A stretch of DNA of 64,000 nt, from assembly GCF_009914755.1 (NCBI RefSeq), contig NC_060947.1; one strand, 5' to 3'. Within the stretch, counting starts at the first letter, position 1, and each line of letters begins with the position of its first letter. Below are positions 45,573-58,764 of this stretch, piece after piece. The notes under the pieces are model-generated. The model was not told where the DNA came from. It saw nothing but the letters and a program-made list of their open reading frames with translations, and did no database searches. Made by a program: the position numbers and the translations under genes. The DNA comes from the human T2T-CHM13v2.0 reference genome, Homo sapiens.

Positions 45573-46286
45573 CCTGCTTACCACACAATACTGATGTAAT
45601 AAATAAGACAAGATATATCCTGTAGCACTTTGTCAGCAGTGAAGCACTGTACATTTGTGAAGAATGGCTGCCACTATTGATGTCTCACCTCAATTGTCAT
45701 TGCTATTGCCAGCAAAGGTTTCCTCAAGGCTCCCCCAGATCAAGGCATTGTATAATGCTCTAGGACTCTGGAGTGAGCTGTTTGCTTCTTGTGGAGCTAA
45801 AAGAGGTATCCTTTGAGAAAACACATGTATCAGCCCAACTCAGCTGTCTGCAGTAGATTACAGGGTTTTTCTTTCCTGAAAAGTTAAATCAGAGCAGCTC
45901 AATAGAAAATGGGACATTTTGAGGCCACAGCTAACTGTTGCAATAGCAGTGTGCTTATAAAGAACCCAGGGACGTCCCAGATGGAGTGACAGCTCACCCT
46001 TCATATGCAGAAAGTTTGCAGTGGTCAAATTCCAAGGATGCATCATGTCACAAGAAGAGTAAGTGTTCATTTGCAAAACAGAACAGAGCCTCAAGGAGAC
46101 ATCCAGTCCAGGAAGGGCTATACTCCACCAACCCCCAGAGTAAAGAAGGGTTTGCAACTCAGGTTTAAGGAGGCAAAAGTAAGAGAGCACCTAGTAGTTT
46201 TAAAGGAATAAAAGCACCCTTGTCCAAACACAATTCATTTCTAGGGCCTGAGAAGATTTTAGATATGTTAAGAAATACACTGTTTG

Positions 46287-46590
46287 GGCCGGGTGCCATG
46301 GCTCACGCCTGTAATCCCAGCACTTTGGGAGGCCGTGGCGGGTGGATCACCTGAGGTCAGGAGTTCAAGACCAGCCTGGCCAACATGTTGAAACACCATC
46401 TCTACTAAAAAAAAAAAAAAAAAAATACAAAAATTAGCCAGGCGTGGTGGCGGGCACCTGTAACCCCAGCTACTCTGGAGGCTGAGGCAGGAAGAATTGC
46501 TTGAACCTGGGAGGCGGAAGTTGCAGTGAGCTGAGATCACACCACTGCACTCCAGCCTAGGCGACACAGAGAGACTCCGTCTCAAAAATA
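46287..46590 (+). mobile_element. AluS
   Basis: Full Alu with expanded middle A-run; flanks a(c/a)actgttt. Confidence 0.95.
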
Positions 46591-48169
46591 TATATATATA
46601 CATATATATATAAACTGTTTGTAACAGCAGTAACTGCTTGGCTTGTAGTGGTAATTAAATATGTGTTGAATGAAAAAGAAATTTCTTTGCAGAATCACAA
46701 AGAATGGAACTTCAAAGAAGTAAAAGTTACCCTGATTTTTCAAAAGCAGAAAGAGGAAAATTTCAGAAACTAAAGACTGCATAATTTTGAAGGCTGGTTC
46801 GACATCTGTTCCCCCCCAAAATTGCTTTCAGACTGGAGGAACATCTTTTAATGATATGCACCACAGGACTCAGCATCTGACACTGCTGTCACTATTATAC
46901 CATAGGTGAAGACATATGCACCAGCCAGGTTAAATTTAAAGATTCTCTGCCTGGCCTCGTGGAAATAGACTTATTCTTCTCCAGGGAGATGTCCAAGTAT
47001 GAAGACAGGTCTGGACAGTTCAAGCAGAGTGGCTGGGTAAAGATCCAGGGAGTAAAGTGCCTGTGAATAATGGAAGAAAACATTCAAATAAGCAGAGCAG
47101 AAGGCAAGAGCACAGCCAAGGCGAGCAGGTGAGAGTATGCAGGATGCTTTGGAGGATAAGAGAGAAGGCCTGCTGGGCAAAAATGAAGAGTTTGTTTTGA
47201 GAAGAAGACTACAAGATGATAACATTGGTAGGACAGTATGCAGGGGCCAGATTAGGACAACCCAGAAAGCCTGGCTAAGAAGTTTGTGTTTTATGATTCT
47301 GGAAATGTGCAACGATTCATTGACCTATTCATTCACATAGTCAGTATACAATTATAGAGACCCTACTTTATGCCAGATCCTGGACCTGTTCCTGGCTAGG
47401 CATGCAGAGGTAAGGAAGATGGGATCCCTGCTTTCAAGATGCTCACTGTCTTGTAAGGCAATCCAGCTCCTCAATAAACATCTGATGACAAGAATGTGCC
47501 CAGAGAGCAGGCAGGAGGGTGTGTTAGGAGATTCACTGTGCAGTTGCTGGGGTTGGGCTTGAGGGGTGAGAATGCGTTCAGATGTGTTCAGGTCAGCGCT
47601 TCCAAAGTGCCCTCCCATGGGACAGGACTTGCTGTGTGAATGTGTACCCCAGGACAACAGGGAGAATTTTTCATAAGGAAAAGGTGTTACAAACATTTTC
47701 CTAGCAGATTTTAAATTTCTTACTTTCTAGATAATAAATGTTCATTGTTTTTAAAACAGCAATGATTAAACAGATAGTAGCTGGAATTCTTTTATACGCA
47801 TTTACTTGGAACAACAAGAAGTTGCACCTTACATCATTCTCTCCTCAGGTTGTTTCAAGTTATGCCAGTGGGAGCCTTTTGGGGTAGGGCAGATCCCACC
47901 TTAGAAAATACACAGGGCAGCAGCAGAAGCAATAAGAATGGAAGCAAAAAACAGATGGTCTAGATAAAGACAGAAGGAAAGGGAACCAAATTGGAACAGG
48001 AATCAAGCTGACCAGAACAAGGCTGTGGCTCTCCTAGCATATGTCTCCATGACACACACGGGAAAAGAGGGTACAGAGACCTGGACAAGTCCAGAGAGCA
48101 CCCGGCACAAGAAAGTGGGCTCATTTTAAATGGAAGGGATTCATGTGGGTATCAAAAAGAATGCCAGAC

Positions 48170-49570
<1,401 letters not shown>

Positions 49571-49586
49571 GATTATATATATATGG

Positions 49587-49620
<34 letters not shown>

Positions 49621-49699
49621 ATTGTCTACACTACCCTGATTTTACCTGTACAGTATTTTACAGACTTTATTTTAGTCAATTATTATGAAAAACACTGTG

Positions 49700-50274
<575 letters not shown>

Positions 50275-50748
50275 TCAATATCTTGCCCAACTTCATACTA
50301 CTATGAATGTGGTAGGGTTGAGAAATGGATGCAAGTCACCTGGTTTTAAGGCCAGTGCTTATAACATATATCATACTACCTCATTATCTGATAGGACTGT
50401 TATCATCCCATCACTCCCAACAATGGTCCTCAGGCTTTAATATTTTTTTTCCAAGATATTGGCATTTTTTCACTTTTTAAATGATAAAAATATTAAAAGG
50501 TATCTATTTACCTCTGAATACTTTAGATACATTTCATAGACTTGATATTCACTGTATTGCTTTTCATTATTTTATAGTCTATAATATTTCATTTATTGCC
50601 TCTTTGATCTGTTGTTTGTGAGTTTTTACTTCTTCAATTTTGAGGTGGTTGCAATTTTTTTTTAATTAAAATATGTTAGGTAACATTTTATTTTCCAGTA
50701 TGAATAGTTTTCCATGCATGCAGATTAAAGAATACTTTTCATATTATA

Positions 50749-51605
50749 TTGTAAACCAAAAAGTATCTGAGACAGGTCTCAATCAATTTAGAAGTTTATT
50801 TTGCAAAGGTTAAGGACCCACCTGGGTGATATGTCTATGCCTTTCTCCAAGTATTATTTTGAGGGCTTCAATATTTAATGGGGAAAAGCAGGCTGGAGGG
50901 GAAAGAGGTAGGGTATGGTCACATTACTGAATCCACATATTGCAAGAGAAAAGGAGCGGTTAGGGGAAGGGTCAACTATGTATTCATCTCATGCTCTGCA
51001 AATCAGCACTTTACATAAGATAAAGTGAACCTAGAGTAGCTACCTGTGGAGATACTAAACCTTTTATCTGTAGCTATTTGCTTAGGAACAAAAAGAAAGG
51101 CAGCTTCTTGCATTACTCAGCTTTCAGCTTAATTTTTTCCCTTTTGGCATAGTGAATTGGGGTCCCAAGTTTTTATTTTCTTTTTATATTTCTCTCCCGT
51201 TTTCTTCTTAAAATCTTTCAGACAGAGCATTTTAGAAGAAAATGAGTCTGTGGTCTTGGGTTTTGTCTCATCTCTTGTGGCTAGGACAGTTTATTTTTAG
51301 ACAAATAGGTCCCATGTTGTTAGGAAAGCTCATTTTTGGCAGATGATGAAGTCTCAAGTCCTACAAAGAAAAAATGAGGGGAGGAAAAGATAAGGGAAGC
51401 AACAATCAAATGAAAAAGAACAATCCTAGAAAATGACTGTAAGCCATATTGCTCTGAAATCCATACATCAGTAGGCAGGTATGAAAGTGGTTTATATACA
51501 TAAATAGGTTATTGTTATTTTCATCTGAAGTTTAAGTTGTCTAGCTTCAGTTTACAGGGACTTAGGAAAAGCACAGCTTAATTTTTAGTGATTTCAAATC
51601 AGGAG
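50749..51605. mobile_element. ERV1 (MER4-group-like) LTR plus internal fragment
   Basis: tgtaaaccaaaaagtatctgagacaggtctcaatcaatttagaagtttatt terminus recalled from MER4-group LTRs. Confidence 0.6.
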
Positions 51606-52489
51606 TTTGGCTCTGTGTCTCCACCCAAATGTCTCCTAGAGTCTCTAGGGAGAGGGTGAGTCTTATGCACAATGGTGAAGAAGAACATTTCTCTTGGCCA
51701 CAAATTGTCAAAGAAGCTTTGGATTAATCCCATCTGCTGATGCTGCTAACCTCCCTAGTGTTGTTGATTGAGCTCCCATTTAATCCTAGGGAGGAATGGG
51801 CTGCCTTCTGTTGTTAGATTGGGGGTTGGGAAACATCATGTCTAGATGACCTCTTTATTATATGTCATTATCCTTATATTGACATATTCCTATATTATAT
51901 TAATTATATTAGTATAATCTTCCCTTAATTTCATTAGATTTTGTATATTAACGCAGTCACTTCAGCCTGTGCGTAACTCTATCATCCCTTTCTTCCAGGG
52001 ACAAAAACCTGAATGAGAGGTCCTGTACTTAGGGAGGTAAATGAACTGAAATTGATCACACAGTGTCTCCTCCAAGAAGTTGGAAGCTTGTTATAATTGT
52101 TCATGAAAAATAATTCTATGAGTGTTTCCCCTTAAGGTAAGCTCTATTTCTTCAGAAGACCTCAGGAGAAGAAAGGGAAGTAGGATGTTAACAGAAAACA
52201 ATAAAATAAGATAAGAAAATTATCTGGTGGATGAGGGCACATTTTGAAAAGAGCTTTTCACATAAGGTGGGCATGACTCTGGTTAAGCCAAGCTCCTTCC
52301 TCTATGCATTCATCAGTTTGAGGTTGTGATTTTCTTCATGCAAACACCCAGCACAACTTGGAGCATGTATAAATCTGCCTCATCCCCCTAACACTGTTAA
52401 AACTCAAGCCAGAGTATTATACCTGTTGAGATAAGCAGAGTTGAAACAAGGATAGGATACCCAGAAGAGCAAGTCTATTCAAGGAAGTC

Positions 52490-52931
<442 letters not shown>

Positions 52932-53479
52932 TGAAGGCGGTGGTTTCAGACTGGAGAATAGAAAACTGAGGAGAGCTAAATGGACACTAGAAAAGGTACG
53001 TGGAATAAAAAAGTTTCTTGGTAGTAAGCCAAGAAGTTAATGGTTTTCAAAATGCTTAGAGGATTTGTAGGTGGGAACTGGATGATTGACATCTCCACAG
53101 ACACTTAAATATGGCCATGACATATTAGCATAAATTTTTACCATGAATAGATTGTAGGTAAGACATGCAACAACTAGATAATGGTTAAAGGTGGAAGAAA
53201 ACAGAATGTACCACTGAATGGGTTGGCAGTAGAGAAAGGCTTTGGAAGACACACCCTATCCTTGCCATGTGACTCACCAGAACTGACATGAGAAGATGAG
53301 GAGGGTGCTAGGTCAGTTTGGGAAAGTTTTTAGGAGTGCTAAAGAAATGCCCCTTTTTTGTTTCAACCAGCCTGGCCTCCTCATAAGACTCCCCACTCCT
53401 CCCCTTGTCCCCTCCTCTTCCCCATGCCTGGCCCCTCCCCCTACTCTCTACTTCCCTATGACAATGTCCTGATGGGGTT

Positions 53480-53620
53480 TTGTGATGTCTAAGCCCCTCC
53501 CTGCAGGCCTACCATTGGCTGGGTAATGGCTTGCTGGCCAATCAAAGCTTAGGGGTGTGGCTCATCATTGTCCTGGAAGGGTTATATATAGGGAGGCCAG
53601 GTGACCCAGAGAAGACAGTT
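53480..53620 (+). promoter_or_regulatory. TATA-containing core promoter of copy B
   Basis: ATTGG at 53514, CCAAT at 53538, GGGGTGTGGC GT-box at 53552, TATATATA at 53583, Inr-like acagtt about 30 nt downstream, then the ATG at 53643. Confidence 0.65.
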
Positions 53621-53642
53621 GGGAGATGCTGATGTGGTGAAG

Positions 53643-53756
53643 ATGGCCAGTAAAGCACAAGCCTCCAACCCAGTTGTCGAGGGACAACCACCCACAACAC
53701 CAAAGAGGCGAAGAAGAGGAAGGCCCCCTCTCAACCAAGATTCAGAAGCCCTCTGA
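53643..53756 (+). CDS. Putative 37-aa small ORF MASKAQASNPVVEGQPPTTPKRRRRGRPPLNQDSEAL with an AT-hook-like motif
   Basis: Direct translation from the Kozak ATG to TGA 53754-53756. Translation in vivo is not shown. Confidence 0.3.
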   Translation: MASKAQASNPVVEGQPPTTPKRRRRGRPPLNQDSEAL

Positions 53757-54198
53757 AGGTGAGTGGCGCACCCAGGCTCCTCCTTGTCTTCCCCTTGATT
53801 CCTCCCTGCCTTCCCCTCTACTCCTCCCTCCCAAGACGCCTTACCCTGTCCTCGCCTGGCACAACCCCCACCTCAGCCTGTACCCTTCTCATGAAGCCCC
53901 TGTTCCCACCCCTCCCCCATCCTCTTCCCCCAAACCAATGCCCTTCTGTGATCTCCCTGTTGTCCTTCCAGATTCCCAAGACAACCCGGAAGGGAAAAGA
54001 GAGTCTTTGAGGGAGTTCCAGGAAAAAAGCCACTCCCGAAAGACCGCCGCTTCAAGAAAACCTGAGGAAGGGAGAGGGCCAACGCTATCCAGCCACTCTG
54101 ACCAGCTGAACGAGGAACTCAATCAAAAGGAGCCACAGCAGGACCAGGAAAGTGAGGAGACTTCCACCATCTCCAGCGTCTCCCTGGACAGCCAGTAA
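53643..54198 (+). pseudogene. Two-exon unprocessed pseudogene (copy B) of a small basic protein, CXorf51/spermatid transition protein TP3/TP4-like
   Basis: Kozak ATG (aagATGg) at 53643; donor AAG|gtgagt at 53759; acceptor ccttccag ending 53971; exon 2 runs 53972 to TAA 54196-54198; AATAAA at 54323. Lesions relative to copy A: -1 nt near 53722, CGA>TGA at 54008, -1 nt near 54038. The repaired translation KRRRRGRAPSQPRFRSPLK|IPKTTRKGKESLRGSSRKK resembles recalled CXorf51 ([35 protein letters not shown]). Family assignment is from memory, not from a search. Confidence 0.75.
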
Positions 54199-54322
54199 TT
54201 TCAGGGCAAGTTCAAAGGACTAGATCTATCTGAGAGGTCTCCATAGGTCTAACCCCAGAGAAATAGCCAAAAGGGTCTATGGTACATTTTACACACAACA
54301 GGGTACCCCTCATGGTGATGAA

Positions 54323-54370
54323 AATAAAATGAACCTGTTGTAAAATGATTTGAGTGTCTGCATGTTCTAG
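54323..54370 (+). terminator. Poly(A) signal with GU-rich downstream element, copy B
   Basis: AATAAA at 54323-54328 followed by tgatttgagtgtctgcatgtt; conserved in copy A. Confidence 0.6.
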
Positions 54371-54525
54371 GATGGTGGGGAGGGAAGGAGGGAGGAGGTG
54401 GTGTGTGGCAAGCGAGGGAGGTGGGTGTTGCGGGATTGGGGTCAGACTGACAGGTCCACAGTTAATCAGACAAGGAGGATAAGGATTGAGTCGGGACTGA
54501 GCACTGGAGGCAAATTTCCACTTAA

Positions 54526-55570
54526 GAGGCTGGCTCTGCTTCTTGCGAGGTTGCTTTCAGAAGGCCAAGGGTCAGCTCAGCACTCCTGGGCTACATGCTG
54601 TGACCCTGGGGGACTGGGACCAGGCTTGCAACTTTGTTCTCTGGCCCCTTGAGGTTAAGCACCCGCTGTGATGGAGGGGCCAGAGTGTTTGTGTTGTGTC
54701 CATGGCAACAACACTGTGATGGGGGCTGCTGGCAAAAGTGCTCCAGCAGGGCAGCAGAGGCCCCCGTGTGTGAGCATATGCAGGGTGGCAGAGGTCCCCA
54801 TGTACGTGTGTAGGCGGGACAGTGTGGGAGGCTGCAGGTGACTGCGTGGTGGTGAGGCAAGGCTGCAGGTGCAAGGTGGTGGGGGTCCGTCTGCAAAAGT
54901 TCTCTCACAGTTGGGCAGGATCTGCCAGCAAAAGAACTATGGCAGTGGCCGCTGGGAAGCTGAGGCTGCGCTGCAAACGGCTGTGGCTAGGCAGGGACCT
55001 TGGTAGATGTCGGCAGACAGGGGGCACTCAGATCATACTGGCCCCATCCCACGGCTAAGACAGCCTTGCTCTGTCCAGGTCCAGCAGCTAACAAAGGCTA
55101 GAGCCACCTAGAGGAGTATGGAGAGTCTTGAGGAGTGGGCGTCCACGGCCATGCTCCACTGCAGCCGCTCCTGCGCCAAACCCTCTGGGCTCCATGCAGG
55201 CTAGAGTTGTGTCTCTGCCAATTCTCCAGGAAGTTCTCCCTGCCAGTTCAGATGTCCATGGTGGTTGTGGGGTCTCCTGCAGCTAGAATCTCAGAGGTCC
55301 GTGGCAAAATTGGGCTACTCCATGCCCATTTCACTCACCCCTTCCCTAAGAGTTGCTCAGGGGCAGGAACTAAATACTGCTTCTTGGCAACCCTGTGCAG
55401 GGTTCCCAGCTTCCTTCTCTTTCAGCCGGGGGTCTGCGTCTTTCCTCTGTCCACTCTCAATGCCTTCTTTCTGAAGATCTGTTTGGAGTGTGCTGGTCTA
55501 CTTGACGGTCTGATCTCTCTCAGTGAGAGAAACTCTTTCTGGCTGCATCTAGTTGGCCATCTTGGCTCTC
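54526..55570 (-). mobile_element. GC-rich L1 5'-region fragment (L1M/L1PB-type)
   Basis: ctagaatctcagaggtccgtggc and gttggccatcttgg resemble antisense old L1 5'-UTRs. Confidence 0.6.
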
Positions 55571-55849
55571 CCCCTCTCCCTTCATATTTTGAATGTCCAA
55601 GATATTATTCTTGGTTTCTAAATGCCCCTTTTTATGCCCTCCTTGTCCTAAATTAGACCTGAATATTGTCTTGTGTCTTTGATGACATCATTTGTAGATT
55701 TCTTTGAAGTTTTATTTTGTTCCCTGCTGTGTCTCTGTTTCATTCAACTTTCCTGTTTTTGTTGGTTACTATGTTTACTTTTGGTCTTGTGTTTCATGTA
55801 AGCAACTTTCCTTAAATATCTCATAATTCTTGGCCCACTGTCCATGAAA

Positions 55850-56400
55850 TTGCAGTGGAATTGGTGGATCGTATAGTTGCTCTATTTTTAGTATTTTGAG
55901 GAGCCTCCAAACTGTTCTCCTTAGTGATTGTACTAACTTACATTCCCACCAACAGTGTATGAGGGTTTTCTTTGCTCTGTATCTGCACCAGCATTTGTTG
56001 TTGCCTGTCTTCTGGATAAGCCATTTTAGCTGGGGTGAGAAGATATCTCATTATAGTTCTGATTTGCATTTCTCTGATGATCAATGACGTTGAGCACCTT
56101 TTCATGTGCCTGTTTGCCATTTGTGTGTCTTCTTTTGAGAAATGTTTATTAAAATATTTTGTCCATTTTCTGTTGGATTATGAGATAATTTTCCTATAGA
56201 GTTGTCTGAGCTCCTTATCTATTCTGATTATTAATCCCTCGTCCTCAGAGGGGTAGTTTGCAAATATTTTCTCCCATTCTGCGGGTTGTATCTTCATTTT
56301 GTTGATTGTTTCCTTTGCTGTGCAAAATCTTTTTAACTCGATGTGATCTCATTTGTTCACTTTGGTTTTGGTTGCCAGTGCTTGTGGGGTATTACTAGAC
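55850..56400 (-). mobile_element. L1PB/MA fragment
   Basis: ORF 55938-56120 ([20 protein letters not shown]) is L1 ORF2p-derived. Confidence 0.9.
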
Positions 56401-58411
56401 ATTTAACTTTTAAACTTTTGTTCTTACATTTCTGTTCCAGACCTGTTGTTCTATAAAATATTTGGCTAATAGTAATAAAAGTATCTGGCTTCCTGTATAA
56501 AGTGATTCTAATGTATTGGCTTGACCAAAGTTTAAAATATCCCAGCATAGGGATTTCTAATGTTTAAAAAACCCTGCAAGGCAGTATAGTGCAATGAGAA
56601 GAGTACTAGGTTGTGAATCAGTAGACATGTAGCTTAGTTTTAGCAAAAAATCCCTGTGTCACCTGGGGCATGTCTCATGCCCTCTTTGCTCCTGAAGTCC
56701 CTTCTGTAAAAGGAGTTGAAAGTAGATGCTTACCAAGATACCTCAGTGCTCAGAGACATTCAGAATTCTATTAATAGAAATACTTTTATATGTGTTAGGT
56801 TACTGGCTATTTGATATCAGGTAGTCTGGGACTAAAATGTAAAACCAAAGTTACATTGTAAGTAAATATGGCCCCTTTTAAAGTTAAGTTATATTTAAAA
56901 CTTGGTCAGACAATAACTTAAACTGAAGAATTTAGTCGTTGTGAAAAGTAATTTTTAAAGTAGAAAAGTGCCACGTTTTACTATCCTCTGGCACAATCAG
57001 AAAAATGATACCTAGAAATGGAAATTGATTTGTTTAAAATTGAGATAAATACAAAATTGTCGGAGCCATGGAGAGACCCAGCATCCAAATAATAAATCCA
57101 GTACTTTAGAATATACCAATTAGACTGTATTCGGAGCTCTACACTCTCTAGTTATAGAAATAAAATAATCTCCACGTCCACCTTTGGATATATCAATACA
57201 TGTGTTAAAATTGATGAAGCTATGAAATTGAAAAGTCTGAGGTCTTTTTGGTCTCTAATCTTATTTTTGTGGTCATTTACAGACTCTCAAAGTTAGATTT
57301 TGATTCCGTTCTGTTTCTTCTATTTCAGCTATTTTACTAGCTGCAAAGAAGCTTCTTCATAGGAAGGCTAATGTAATTCTTACAGATTGCTAAAAATGAA
57401 GAATTCAACGTTACTTTTGAACTTCCGTGTCTGATTGATTCTGAGGAAAATATTAGGAGTCAAGTGAAGGTGATATTTTTCAAGAGAGTGATTATGACAA
57501 ATTTAATACAGTATTAAAATATCAGGGAAAAGGGAACCTTCTGTCTTTTTTTTAAGTAGTAGATCCTAAATTCATTTCATAACAAAGAAATGCGCTGACT
57601 TGATCAGAAATGTTAATATAAAAAGTTGTAGAATTTACTAAATGGTGTTTGTTTTCTCCAGTCTTCATAGTCAAACTCTAAATTATCCATATGGATAACT
57701 TCTGTAATCAATCAACTTATTCCGCAAAAATCATTTTTAAAGGGTTTGTGTTGGAATATCTTATCTTCAGATTCTATAAATATCATAGTTCCTAACACAG
57801 GTATGGTCAACTAGGTGGTTATTTTGAATCCAGATAAAAGGAGAGTTAAATCCTTAAAATGTAAAAATAAACTGTAAGATGGGCATAGTAATATCACTGT
57901 TATTTCTGGGTGAGTCAATATCATTTTCTTACTATATCATGCTCATCATATGTAAAAGTGTCTCTCCTATATCTAATCCGAGGTCTCCCAGACTGTATTT
58001 CTGGTTTATTAGCAGGCATGAGACAATGGTGTTTTTTGTATCATAATAATGTCTGAAAGATTCCACATGAAAATATAACCCAATATGGTATTTTTAAGTG
58101 AAGTAGGATTCTGACCTAATGTCTTATTTTACAGATTTGGAAATTTGAAGTCCAAAGAAATTTAGAGACCAGCGTGAGTTTCCATAGTAATTAGTAACTA
58201 ATCTGTGACTCTTTCCTCCCAAGCTAGGATCTGTTCTACTGCATATCAAAAATAAGAACTTTTCAGATAAAATTACAAATATCTCCAGGTTTTTCTTGAC
58301 AATTTCTTTTTCAATTCTACTCTCTTTTCTATCAAAAACTATGCTGGACTGCATCTTTTCCACAAAAACTTTGTAGATAGTTAGCTCACAGGGGCTTGTA
58401 CCATGAATTAA

Positions 58412-58764
<353 letters not shown>

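Noticed and set aside
53674-54198. 174-aa ORF in the track
   Set aside because: It starts at a non-ATG codon and reads through the intron; only its C-terminal part is the real exon-2 frame.
54398-55656. GC-rich stretch with several ORFs, resembling a CpG island or gene
   Set aside because: Better explained as an old L1 5' region; the peptides have no recognisable domain.
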